A stretch of DNA of 38,754 nt from assembly GCF_001194135.2 (NCBI RefSeq), contig NC_068984.1, forward strand, positions 73,301,202 through 73,339,955, in the 5' to 3' direction. A model generated the notes under the pieces. That model was not told the origin of the DNA, made no database searches, and saw nothing but the letters and a program-made list of their open reading frames with translations. Made by a program: the position numbers and the translations under genes. Source of the stretch: Octopus bimaculoides. Taxonomy: Eukaryota. Positions 1 through 11,212 of this stretch are shown here, piece after piece (position 1 is the first letter of the stretch; each line of letters starts with the position of its first letter).

Positions 1-1229
1 GCTTAAATATTGTTGTTTTTTGTGTGGATGGCGGTGTGGGCAGCAAGGCTTTTTTTATGTTTAGTTAGTTCTTGTTGTTGTTGTGTTTTTCGGGCAGTCG
101 GACACTCCTTTTGAGGTGTCCCTCGCTGTCGCATAAGTAACAGCGAGGCCGCCTGCCCTCTACCACTATATGTAACTTTTGATTTGTTGCCAAACGGATG
201 TATGGTGGGATTTTTTTTATTTCTTGTTCGTTTGTGTGGAACAAGATTTGTTGCTTTCTCCAACGTTTATTTTAAGTATGTTTATGTTGTCCATGTCGAC
301 CCATATGGCTGATATCAACCATAGTGTGTCTATTGTTGGAGGTGCTTGCTTTATTGTTACCTTTGTTACCTTTTGGCCAAGGTAACTGGGTAACGTTGTT
401 ATTTCAGGTGTGTGAAGAGTTAGCGTTGTATACCTCTTCGCCAACTCTTCATTTCGAAAAATGACTTGTACCTGTGCAAATCTGTAATAAGTAATATATG
501 ATTTTTTTAATCCCAAATTGATTTCAAGCATCTTTCGATCTTGTCTATACTGGCCTGTTCCGGCCTTCTACTTTTGGTGTTTATTATTTTATATATTATT
601 GTTTTTCTACTTGTTTCCTCTAATATGTGTTGTGGTATGTTTAAGTCTATTTCACCGCTTTCTTTGGTGATTAACTTTCTCATTTCTATTATTTCTTTTG
701 TCGTGTAGGACAAAACAGTTTCACTTTGCTTCAAAGCTTCAGCAAAGTTTTTGTTTTTGTTATTGTTGTTATTGTTGTTGCTGGTACTGGCACTGGTATT
801 GGTGGCAGATGTGGTATTTGTGACTGTGTCAGTGGTGTTATGGCTTGTATTCATTTTTCCTTCCTCTCTTTCGCTTGCTGCTGGTGAAGAGAGCAAAGGT
901 TGAGTTGAACTGTTGCTGCTGCTACTGTTGTTGTTGTTGTTGTCGTTGTTGTTGTTGGTGGTGGTGGTGATGATGGCGTCAGCAGAATTGGAGTTGACGT
1001 CAGATACTTTGGAGACATCGTCTGTGTTCTGTTTTGTAACTTTGGTTACAGTTTTGTTTTTGTTGTTGGTGGTGGTGGTGGCGGTGTTAACTTTCAGGTT
1101 AACACTTGCATCTGTGTGTGTGAATTCTTTTTTTTCTTTTTCTCCATTCTCTCGTTTAACTGTGAGGAAGGAAGACTTTTTCGAACGAAACACTGCAAAA
1201 TTCAGCGTTCGTTTGACGAAATTTTTCAT
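1..1229 (-). pseudogene. Frameshifted ORF1 (gag-like, CCHC zinc knuckle) of a non-LTR retrotransposon, probably L1/Tx1-like; runs off the window edge
   Basis: Three overlapping minus-strand ORFs (507-1340, 217-531, 3-263) join by frameshifts at or near homopolymer runs. The N-terminus is low-complexity T/N/S-rich. A different frame at 142-102 reads RPRCYLCDSEGHLK(K)EC, a CX2CX4HX4C knuckle with one base missing. The clade call is an inference. Confidence 0.65.
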
Positions 1230-1452
1230 GGCTAAAAAACGCCATCGTCTCAAAATAACAATGGCTAGAAAGCCGAAATTGATTTTTAAAACCTGGAAAT
1301 GTGCCACACAGGGCAGATTTCCGTTGCAAAAAACTTGCACCAGAGAGTCTATACGTTGTTATACAACTTTCTATATAAAATAAACTTTACAAACAAACTT
1401 TTTAAAACATAAAAAAGGCAAAACATACGGAGCCGACACGTCTACCGTCCGT

Positions 1453-1454
1453 CC

Positions 1455-1487
<33 letters not shown>

Positions 1488-1499
1488 CTGACAGACAGG

Positions 1500-1539
<40 letters not shown>

Positions 1540-1548
1540 CAGACAGCC

Positions 1549-1595
<47 letters not shown>

Positions 1596-1640
1596 TACAT
1601 ATGCTTAAATACTTGTATGTATGTATGTATGTACGTATGT
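1453..1640. repeat. Compound microsatellite (AGAT)n/(AGAC)n/(AG)n/(ATGT)n
   Basis: Directly visible tandem repeats. Confidence 0.95.
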
Positions 1641-1813
1641 GACTAACTATCTGTCGGTCTGTGAGTTATGTCAATCTGTTTACTCTATTTTATCTTTTTT
1701 TGGCAGTCTTCCGACGCAATCATGTTCATCTATTGTTCCTTTGAATTTTCTATCCTGATTAACTCTTGAATAATTAATTTCAACTGTTCTAAAGAATTCG
1801 ATGCTTCTCCACG

Positions 1814-1830
1814 TAGTAGTAGTAGTAGTG

Positions 1831-1887
<57 letters not shown>
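1814..1887. repeat. (AGT)n microsatellite
   Basis: About 24 near-perfect units. Confidence 0.97.
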
Positions 1888-2086
1888 AGGCGGTGAATCG
1901 CTCGCACGCTGGACGAAATGCATAACGGTATTTCACCCGTTGCTACGTTCTGATTTCAAATTTCGCCGAGGTCGACTTTGCCATTTATCCTTTCGGGGTC
2001 GATCAATTTAGTACCAGTGAAACCACTAAGTCGATGTAATCGACTAGTCTCTTCCCCAAAACTTCGGGCTTCGTGCATTTCGTAGA

Positions 2087-2088
<2 letters not shown>
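1888..2088 (+). mobile_element. Near full-length tRNA-derived SINE, family A (MetaSINE-like central domain)
   Basis: tRNA-like head with a B-box-like GATTTCAAATTTC, then GTCGACTTTGCCATTTATCCTTTCGGGGTCGATCAATTTAGTACC, which resembles the Meta domain as I recall it. Related copies are at 11563 and 32715. Confidence 0.75.
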
Positions 2089-2133
<45 letters not shown>

Positions 2134-2161
2134 CTAGTAGCAGCAGTAGCAGTAGGAATAA

Positions 2162-2200
<39 letters not shown>

Positions 2201-2263
2201 CAGCAGCAGGAATAATAGTAGTAGTAGTATTAGTAGTAGTAGTTGTAGCAGCAGCAGCAGGAA

Positions 2264-2308
<45 letters not shown>

Positions 2309-2344
2309 CAGCAGCAGCAGCAGCAGGAATAGTAGTAGTAGTAT

Positions 2345-2383
<39 letters not shown>

Positions 2384-2470
2384 CAGCAGCAGCAGGAATA
2401 GTAGTAGTAGTAGTAGTAGTAGTAGTAGCAGCAGCAGCAGCAGCAGGAATAGTAGTAGTAGTAGTAGTAT

Positions 2471-2503
<33 letters not shown>

Positions 2504-2518
2504 CAGCAGCAGCAGGAA

Positions 2519-2580
<62 letters not shown>

Positions 2581-2592
2581 ATAGTAGTAGTA
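2089..2592. repeat. About 500 bp (AGT)n/(AGC)n/AGG-AAT array with higher-order structure
   Basis: Directly visible. 2281-2340 is identical to 2401-2460 (120-bp period). Confidence 0.95.
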
Positions 2593-2885
2593 GGCTTGTT
2601 GTTGTTGCTAAGTTGTTGTTGTTGTTGCTGTTTTGTTCGCTCTCAGTTTCTAATACTTTCTTTGACACTGTATAATTGGCATGATTATGTGAAAGTTTTG
2701 AAATATTTCAAATGATTTCTTTGTCTCTCAGTTTTTCTTTGTTTTTACTTATACGATTCCCATAATTTTCTTTAGTATTTCAATAACTAGAATCTAATAG
2801 TTTTCTGTGTATCAGAAAAATAAAAGTGAAACCGAAATCAGATGCTTGGATGAAGGTATACAGAAAACGATAAAGAAATAGATAC

Positions 2886-2990
2886 ATTTCTTTTATTAGC
2901 CACACAGGGCTCAACGAAGATGGGACAAATACAATGTAGAGCTTTTCTTTTTGGGAGGGGAAAGGAAGGGGAAAAAAAAAAAAAAAAAAG
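2886..2990 (-). mobile_element. Possible 3' UTR of a LINE (AATAAA-terminated)
   Basis: The minus strand has a pyrimidine tract and ends ...GCCCTGTGTGGCTAATAAAAGAAAT next to a microsatellite. Resemblance to octopus L1/Tx1 3' ends is from memory only. Confidence 0.3.
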
Positions 2991-2992
2991 AA

Positions 2993-2993
<1 letters not shown>

Positions 2994-3031
<38 letters not shown>

Positions 3032-3068
3032 CATACATACATACATACATGCATACATACATACATGC
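2994..3068. repeat. (AGAT)n(ACAT)n microsatellite
   Basis: Directly visible. Confidence 0.95.
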
Positions 3069-3099
3069 ATAGGAACAGGAAATATCAACCAAATATCTG

Positions 3100-3740
3100 A
3101 TGCACAAAAGGGATAGAGATACAGGAAAAGCAGTAAAATTTGACAATCAATGCAGACATTGTGGAGTTAACACCGAAGATATCACCCACATCATAAGCAG
3201 TTGTCCGAAAATGTCATCACGTTATTATCTGCAGATGAGACATGATGTTGTAGCTAGGACACGCTATAACGAAGTCCGTCGGAAGGATAACCCCGAGGAC
3301 AAAGAAATAAGAACCCACAGTGTGATGGAAGCTATAGCCACTCATAATAAAAAAGAATACTGGTGGAATGCCTCAATGAAAACCTCAATAAAATGTAAGC
3401 GTAAGAGACCTGATATAATGATTTGGGATAGGGAAGAGAAACTATGCACAGCTGTGGAAATTAGCTGTCCAGCAGATGTTAGCATAAAGCTGGAGATAAG
3501 TGAAAAAGAAAATATATCTACGCTGAAATATTGAAAAATCTGCAGTTACTCTATCCAGATTACAAATTCAAGTTTATGCTTGTAATTATCGGAGCATTGA
3601 GATATGAAGTACACTGCCTAAATACAAATCTTGAGAAATTAGCTTCTCAAAACCAGAAAGGAGAAAGCTAATTCGAAGATTAGAGATTCAATTCATCACT
3701 AGAACTGTAAAAATCTGTAAAACTTTCCTGAAGTTTAAAT
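3100..3740 (+). mobile_element. 5'-truncated R4/Dong-type (restriction-like endonuclease) non-LTR retrotransposon, 3' end
   Basis: CRHC...H...C knuckle, RHD motif and RLE motif RPDIMIWD..EISCP are in ORF 3100-3534. After frameshifts it continues with ..YPDYKFK..IIGAL.. and ends ..VKICKTFLKF. Confidence 0.88.
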
Positions 3741-3999
3741 GTAAATATATATGAACATGTGTAGATATGCATGAGGATACATACATAAAAAAAATTGACA
3801 TTTTATATATATATAGCATTACAACTCACCATTTGGGGATAATCGACATTCTCCCCTTCCCTTATATATATATATATATATATATGAGTGAGTGAACAAA
3901 CGAAAGACAGAGATAAACGTATTTCTCAAACGCGTGATAATGCTATAAATAGCGTGATCAGGATAAAATTATCCATATAATGCAGAAAAATACGTTGCC

Positions 4000-4072
4000 G
4001 GCCAGCCATGGGACTCGAACTCACAACTCCGTGATTACATGTCAAGTGTTTTACCATTAAACCTAACTGCCC
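4000..4072 (-). tRNA. tRNA-Thr(UGU)-like pseudogene or SINE head, copy 1
   Basis: 73 nt: GGGCAGTTAGGTTTAATGGTAAAACACTTGACATGTAATCACGGAGTTGTGAGTTCGAGTCCCATGGCTGGCC. D-stem GTTT/AAAC, anticodon loop CATGTAA, T-loop TTCGAGT. The stems have mismatches and position 33 is A instead of U. A T-run follows. Confidence 0.5.
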
Positions 4073-4239
4073 AGCAACGAATTCTTCTGCAATTTTAGAA
4101 CTTATAAATTTAGCTTCATAAGACGCTAACGTTAAATTCAACTTTACGATGAAAGTCAACAAAGTTTGTTCTTTTTTAGAAGCGTTGAGATGTATTGAAA
4201 GACAGAAATAAATTTATTTCTCAAACGCGTGATAATGCT

Positions 4240-4312
4240 GGGCAGTTTGGTTCAATAGTAAGACACTTGACATGTAATCACAGAGATGTGAGTTCGAGTC
4301 TCATGGTTGGCC
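4240..4312 (+). tRNA. tRNA-Thr(UGU)-like pseudogene or SINE head, copy 2 (more degenerate)
   Basis: 73-nt colinear homologue of 4000-4072 in the opposite orientation, with the same downstream sequence. Confidence 0.45.
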
Positions 4313-5774
4313 GGCAACGTATTTTTCTGCATTATATGGATAATTTATCCTGATCACGCTATTTATAGCATTGTCACGCGTTTGAGAAATAAATTTATTT
4401 CTGTATCTTACAATACATTTCAACGCTTCTAAAAAAGAACAAACTTCAGAATCATCTTGTATTGTAATCTTTCATGGTTAAGGTTTTTGAAGATGTTTTT
4501 AACTATATGTCGGATATGATTAAAGATGTACAGATAACAACTAGAATGTATTCATGCTTGAAGTATCTAATGTGTTTATGTCGTTATACTACGATATGAA
4601 GGAAACATTTTACCGTCATGTTTAGAAAGTGAAACGAGTATGTCAGGTTCACTTGTTAGATTTTCTTTTTTAACAACTGGGAGCGAGAATTGATCTCATG
4701 ATCCTTAATTTACACGATGATTTTCTAACTTCCTAACAATAGAGAATTTACAAAGTGTGTGTCACTTACTCCGAAAAGTGTTGTCAATTGATTATAACCC
4801 TGTCCTTAATTGATCTTCGTTGTCTGTGTTCTACGTCAGCTATGGTCGAAATGATATATGATTAAAAGTTTTCCAATCGTGAGCAAGCTTCTTTATTTGC
4901 ATATTCAGGATTATCTTCCTTGTGTGCGTTCCTGTTTTACACCGCAGGATGCGATTTTAGAATGATTTGGATGTCATTTCTAGTAGTTCGTACACTTCCT
5001 CTCAACGGCTCAACGTGTGTGTAGTCTTGTACAGATATCAACTGTTTTCTATTCTCTAAACTAGAACATTGCAGTAGATAAGAAATCGCGATTGGCAGAC
5101 CAGTATCCTATATCTTTGGTTATTTTGTTTCAATGAAACTATAATTAAGTCACTACCACGACTTATTCTTGTCTTAGAACTAGAAAGTAAACTTATTATA
5201 TATAGTTATATATGTTTCTTTATTCATCAATTTAGTCGTTTATTCAATCGATCAATTAATTGCCGCTATTTCAAATATCCGTCTAGCTAATTTAGTTTTT
5301 TACTTGATACAATTGATTTTCATAGCGATGGCATATGTTGTTTTTTTTTTGCGTGTGTTTTTGTTATTGTAGTTGTTGTTGTAGCTTTTGTTGTTATTCT
5401 TTTAGCTCTTTAGATTAGATTAGTAAGAAAATGTTTGGTCTTAATGTCAAATAAAACAGTTTAAACTCATTAGGAAGGTTGTTTATTTTCGTTGTTGTTG
5501 TTATGTTTCTTTTGTCATACTTGCTACTTCTTTATACTTAAAATGTGATACTACCATAATACGGCTGGTAATTGTGTTGCAGAATTCAATATATACCAGA
5601 GATAGCACCATAGATGCTTAATGATATTAGAGGCATGACTGTTGCTAATCGCTAGTTGAACACTGTAGCATCAGCATCACCTATTATCATCCTAACTACT
5701 ACAAACACCTCATATATTCAACCATCAAAGAATTAGGTGGCCATCATTATTATCATATTTGTGTTTTTTTTCTT

Positions 5775-5848
5775 TGAGTGAGTGAGTGAGTGAATGAGTG
5801 AGTGAGTGATTGATTGATTGAGTGGGTGAGTGAGTGAGTGAGTGAGTG
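5775..5848. repeat. (GAGT)n/(GATT)n microsatellite
   Basis: Directly visible. Confidence 0.9.
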
Positions 5849-5972
5849 TTTTGTATGTCAGAAACTACAGAAGGTAGAAAGTTTAAATTCTTTTATCTAT
5901 GATAGCTGGATAAAATAAAAATAAAATAAAATAAAAAGAAATATATTCTTTTTATATATATTTCAGTACTTT

Positions 5973-6027
<55 letters not shown>

Positions 6028-6632
6028 AAATCCTTCTAAAATCACAATCTTATCATTCGATGAAGTCATTATAGATAACTTCATAAAGAAGGGTATGCAC
6101 TGCTAGAATAACTGCCATTGCTCATAGAAGTTTCAATCAGAACAAAATTACAAGGAACAACTAGGAAAACACTTATTTCAATCCTTATAAAGCCTAAATA
6201 TACTTGAGGAGGAAAAAATCAAAGATATTGACTATCACACCTGTCAAGGATTCCAAAACTTTTACTTATCAAATTCTATAGATATTTAGTACTTGGTTTG
6301 GTTCAGGGTCAGAAAAATCTCACATAGAAATATAGTATACTGAATTTTCCTTGGTATATAATAGGTATTTATTTCAGTGATTCAGAATTAACAGCAAATT
6401 AAACTTTAGCAGGATGTAAGCTAAGGACACAAATGGATTAAATCACAATAAACGTCATTAGAGAAGTGGAACATTTTCGATTACGAAGCTTAATAAGAAC
6501 AATTATGAACAGAGGTACAAGGTAACACATTTTGTTAATAGTCGTAGTAATTGGCTGATTAGTTCCTAATTTCAATTCATCGACAAAGTAGGGGGGGGGC
6601 AAGTAACACAAACTTCGTGTGATATAAACACG

Positions 6633-6740
6633 TAAGCGGGTGTGCTGAAAGGTTTCAGGCTTTGGGTAAAAGAAAATACAGGAGGATCGCTTAGTTATGG
6701 CTTTATTCAGTATATTTCCCTCTCCAATTCCCACTTCGTA
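6633..6740. mobile_element. Truncated terminal fragment of a Tc1/mariner element or MITE
   Basis: TA followed by AGCGGGTGTGCTGAAAGGTTTCAGGC, a degenerate match to mariner-type TIRs of the form CGAGGGxGTGCTGAAAAGTTCC (recalled). No second end found. Confidence 0.55.
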
Positions 6741-6793
6741 ACATAGTTCAACCAAACTATATGTTTGTACACACACACACACACACATATACA

Positions 6794-7005
6794 CAGTAAT
6801 CCCTCGCCATATCGCGGTTCAATTATCGCGGTTAATTATTTAAACTTACGTCGATTCCTCCGTAGTGTTGTTTTGCATTTATAATAAAATAAATATATGC
6901 AAATTATGAAAATAAAAAAAACAGTACACAGTACTGTTTCTACTTCGCAGATTTTCACCTATCGCGCGGGGTTTTGGAACGTAACACCTGCGATAGCCGA
7001 GGGAT
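6794..7005. mobile_element. Tigger/pogo-type MITE (about 210 bp)
   Basis: Left TIR CAGTAATCCCTCGCCATATCGC. Right end GCGATAGCCGAGGGAT is its degenerate reverse complement. The subterminal GGAACGTAAC is typical of Tigger ends. Confidence 0.7.
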
Positions 7006-7585
7006 GCATATATCGTCTAACTTAATATATTGAGTAATACGCAAACATTGCGGCGCCCTTCAAATTCAGGAAAGAGACCGATGTCTTGTAGATCGCTTTT
7101 GTGAGCGATGCCAACTGTTGCCACCTTCTTCGACACGAGAGGCCATTCCATCACTCACTTATCAGTGTGCGACATCTCCGCACACCTTGGATCTTCGTTT
7201 TCAAGTAAACGTAAGTATATTTCTGCCCCTACACATTCACTTAATTCATTAAACTCTTTCATCAACTTCCCTCTCACCTCATCTTTTCCCTTCACATTAG
7301 CCTCGACCTTTCTTGTTTATTCTCAATTCGTTATTCTTTCCTTCTTAATTCTCACACAGTTTCTCCTACCAATTCTTGTTCACGTAAGAAGCTCACGTGA
7401 TTCTACACCCCTTATCAGTTGCGCCCTGTTTTTTTTTTTTTCATCAACGTACAAGATGGGAAACAGTTGCTGTTTCTCATTTATTTCTCTCCACTTAACT
7501 GTTCCTTGAAAAGGGGCAATGTGTGAAACGTTGGATTTCCCACTCCCCATGACAAATTTACTGTCATTTTTATGAATTTTATTAC

Positions 7586-8108
7586 NNNNNNNNNNNNNNN
7601 NNNNNNNNNNNNNNNNNNNNNNNNNNNNNNNNNNNNNNNNNNNNNNNNNNNNNNNNNNNNNNNNNNNNNNNNNNNNNNNNNNNNNNNNNNNNNNNNNNNN
7701 NNNNNNNNNNNNNNNNNNNNNNNNNNNNNNNNNNNNNNNNNNNNNNNNNNNNNNNNNNNNNNNNNNNNNNNNNNNNNNNNNNNNNNNNNNNNNNNNNNNN
7801 NNNNNNNNNNNNNNNNNNNNNNNNNNNNNNNNNNNNNNNNNNNNNNNNNNNNNNNNNNNNNNNNNNNNNNNNNNNNNNNNNNNNNNNNNNNNNNNNNNNN
7901 NNNNNNNNNNNNNNNNNNNNNNNNNNNNNNNNNNNNNNNNNNNNNNNNNNNNNNNNNNNNNNNNNNNNNNNNNNNNNNNNNNNNNNNNNNNNNNNNNNNN
8001 NNNNNNNNNNNNNNNNNNNNNNNNNNNNNNNNNNNNNNNNNNNNNNNNNNNNNNNNNNNNNNNNNNNNNNNNNNNNNNNNNNNNNNNNNNNNNNNNNNNN
8101 NNNNNNNN
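7586..8108. other. Assembly gap
   Basis: N run. Confidence 1.
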
Positions 8109-8248
8109 ATATATGTATATATATATATGTATATATATATATATACAGTAGACACATATACATATATATACTCACATATATACAGATACGTTTCTAAATA
8201 TATGAGTGTGTGTTTATATATATATACATGTGTTTATATATGTTTCTA

Positions 8249-8291
<43 letters not shown>

Positions 8292-9142
8292 GCGCACGCA
8301 CTTACACATTATGAAATCGATGTTAAGTAGTGTAACTGACAGAGGATTTTTTTATTTTTATTTTTAATTAATAAAGAAATTCATACACTCAATTAAAATG
8401 TATCTGTTTTCGGATGAGAAAGAAAATAAGTAAGAATTTTTCGGTGTTTGTACGGATATTATCTCCTGTCTATTGATTCGTTCTGTAATGTAATTAACTT
8501 CTTTTCTGATGTAGCTCAAACGAACATTATCACAAAAGCTAAATAAAGTTGTCAATGATCAGTTTTGATGCGTACCTATTGATTTACGAATAAATTCTTC
8601 CCAAACAGTATGCTACTTATATATTATAAAAAAATTTATGTCTATATATGTGTATAATATACATAAATAGATATGTGTGTGCGTGTATGTGTATATATGT
8701 GTGTGTGTGTGATGTGTATACAAAATTTGTATTCTTGCGAGATTCTATAGAATTTCTTCAAAATAGTTTGGAGAACATGGAGTTCTAAGTAATGGCTACA
8801 TGTCGCGCTCCATTTACAGTAGTACATAGATATTTACGCGCGCACCACACACACACACACACACTCACACACACACACATACACACACATGAGCACGTCC
8901 ATGCACATGTTCCAGTTTTCATGCTTCGTGCATTATCAACCAGTGTGAATATATGTGAGAGTATATGCATATATCAATATCGGGACGTATGTAAGTATGC
9001 GCAATTGTGAATGCCTGGTTAAGAATTACATGTCGCAACCACGTTTGGGTGACAGCAACTGTATGTGCAATTATGGCTATATGGTTGCATAAATATATAT
9101 ATATATATATATATGCTTGTAAGTATATATTTATATATATAT

Positions 9143-10075
9143 NNNNNNNNNNNNNNNNNNNNNNNNNNNNNNNNNNNNNNNNNNNNNNNNNNNNNNNNNN
9201 NNNNNNNNNNNNNNNNNNNNNNNNNNNNNNNNNNNNNNNNNNNNNNNNNNNNNNNNNNNNNNNNNNNNNNNNNNNNNNNNNNNNNNNNNNNNNNNNNNNN
9301 NNNNNNNNNNNNNNNNNNNNNNNNNNNNNNNNNNNNNNNNNNNNNNNNNNNNNNNNNNNNNNNNNNNNNNNNNNNNNNNNNNNNNNNNNNNNNNNNNNNN
9401 NNNNNNNNNNNNNNNNNNNNNNNNNNNNNNNNNNNNNNNNNNNNNNNNNNNNNNNNNNNNNNNNNNNNNNNNNNNNNNNNNNNNNNNNNNNNNNNNNNNN
9501 NNNNNNNNNNNNNNNNNNNNNNNNNNNNNNNNNNNNNNNNNNNNNNNNNNNNNNNNNNNNNNNNNNNNNNNNNNNNNNNNNNNNNNNNNNNNNNNNNNNN
9601 NNNNNNNNNNNNNNNNNNNNNNNNNNNNNNNNNNNNNNNNNNNNNNNNNNNNNNNNNNNNNNNNNNNNNNNNNNNNNNNNNNNNNNNNNNNNNNNNNNNN
9701 NNNNNNNNNNNNNNNNNNNNNNNNNNNNNNNNNNNNNNNNNNNNNNNNNNNNNNNNNNNNNNNNNNNNNNNNNNNNNNNNNNNNNNNNNNNNNNNNNNNN
9801 NNNNNNNNNNNNNNNNNNNNNNNNNNNNNNNNNNNNNNNNNNNNNNNNNNNNNNNNNNNNNNNNNNNNNNNNNNNNNNNNNNNNNNNNNNNNNNNNNNNN
9901 NNNNNNNNNNNNNNNNNNNNNNNNNNNNNNNNNNNNNNNNNNNNNNNNNNNNNNNNNNNNNNNNNNNNNNNNNNNNNNNNNNNNNNNNNNNNNNNNNNNN
10001 NNNNNNNNNNNNNNNNNNNNNNNNNNNNNNNNNNNNNNNNNNNNNNNNNNNNNNNNNNNNNNNNNNNNNNNNNNN
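9143..10075. other. Assembly gap
   Basis: N run flanked by (AT)n/(CA)n. Confidence 1.
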
Positions 10076-10087
10076 CACACACACACA

Positions 10088-10146
<59 letters not shown>

Positions 10147-10160
10147 CTGTGTGTATATAT

Positions 10161-10800
10161 ATATGGAGCAACAACTCTACCAAGAAGTAGAGGAAAACTA
10201 TAGCACTGAATTTAGAAGGTATATTGAAAAGGCACGGAAGAGGTGCCTAGATGATTGCTTCATAATCTGGACAGAATCTCTAAATACTCTGGGAGTGTTC
10301 AATATCCTTCTAAACAACCTACACTTATCTCCAATTTACAAAGGAGATGAGTAGTACCAATTACCATTCCTAAATTACCACAGATAGAAACTATAAACAC
10401 AGGGACACACAACATTTCCTGAATTTAAATCGTGCCATCCACCACCTCCAAAACGCAACATCCTATATAGCCTAGCCAGAAAACAAAAGCCTAATAGAAC
10501 TAAGAGAATTTTTGTTCACAGATACCGTCTCTACTTATAGAGAATGGCATGCAGCGGGCTATAAAGATACCCATATAACAACTGAGGACATGCCAAAGAA
10601 GAAAACAGGAACAATTCATATCAATGATAGCGACACACAACCCATGTCACTTGAATATCTTCAACATTGCCAAAGCAAACCTAACAATTACTGCTCAAAG
10701 TAAAGAATCAAAAGATATAATCACAAATCGAGCTATGGTTCTTAGTGAAAGACAACCTAAAAATCTAAAAATTATTAACAACGGCAAAGCTTGACCTTAG
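10161..10800 (+). mobile_element. Degenerate Penelope-like element (end of RT and linker)
   Basis: KRCLDDCFIIW...LLNNLH (RT YxDD region), LPFL, TDRNYKHRDTQHFLN, KRNILYSLARK and RQPKNLK pieces occur in the expected Penelope order across frameshifts. Confidence 0.75.
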
Positions 10801-10819
10801 CAACAAAGACCAATCATTA

Positions 10820-11009
10820 ACTGTATCTAAATGCAATGATAGCTGAACATGGAACATGGAACGAAACAGTGGCACACATTGTGGAAGAATGCCCCAAGTT
10901 GGTGCAAGAAGGATATAAGAAATGGAGGCACGATAAGATTGTAAAAGTTTTACACTGGAAGCTGAGCCTGAAATGGGGATTTGAAGCTGGAAACTCACGG
11001 TAAAATCAC
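10820..11009 (+). mobile_element. R4/Dong-type LINE fragment (zinc-knuckle region)
   Basis: Translates as NETVAHIVEECPKLVQEGYKKWRHDKIVKVLHWKL, homologous to 3100-3534. Confidence 0.8.
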
Positions 11010-11210
11010 CTAGTCGATATCCTGTTTGCCACTTATGTGGAAATTATTGACTGGAATACTCGCAGAGTCAATGTACAAACATTTGGAAAAAGATGGAATC
11101 CTGCCACATGAGCAGAATGGTTGCAAGCATAAGTGCAGAGGTACCAAGGATCAACTCCTGATAGACAAAACTGTACTTAGAGACTGCAAGAGGAGGAAAA
11201 GTAATTTAGT
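11010..11210 (+). mobile_element. R4/Dong-type LINE fragment (start of RT domain)
   Basis: [48 protein letters not shown] matches RT subdomains 1-2 of RLE-type elements. Confidence 0.85.
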
Positions 11211-11212
11211 CG

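Larger units (their letters stand above)
3903..4446. repeat. Nested inverted (fold-back) duplication
   Basis: 3903-4076 is the reverse complement of 4236-about 4410, and 4162-4239 is the reverse complement of 4367-4446. Confidence 0.9.

Noticed and set aside
1680-2675. Poly-Thr, poly-Leu and poly-Ser ORFs
   Set aside because: Translations of (AGT)n arrays.
8364-8555. 63-aa minus-strand ORF with an internal AG acceptor
   Set aside because: No convincing donor and no recognisable motif. The length is within chance expectation.
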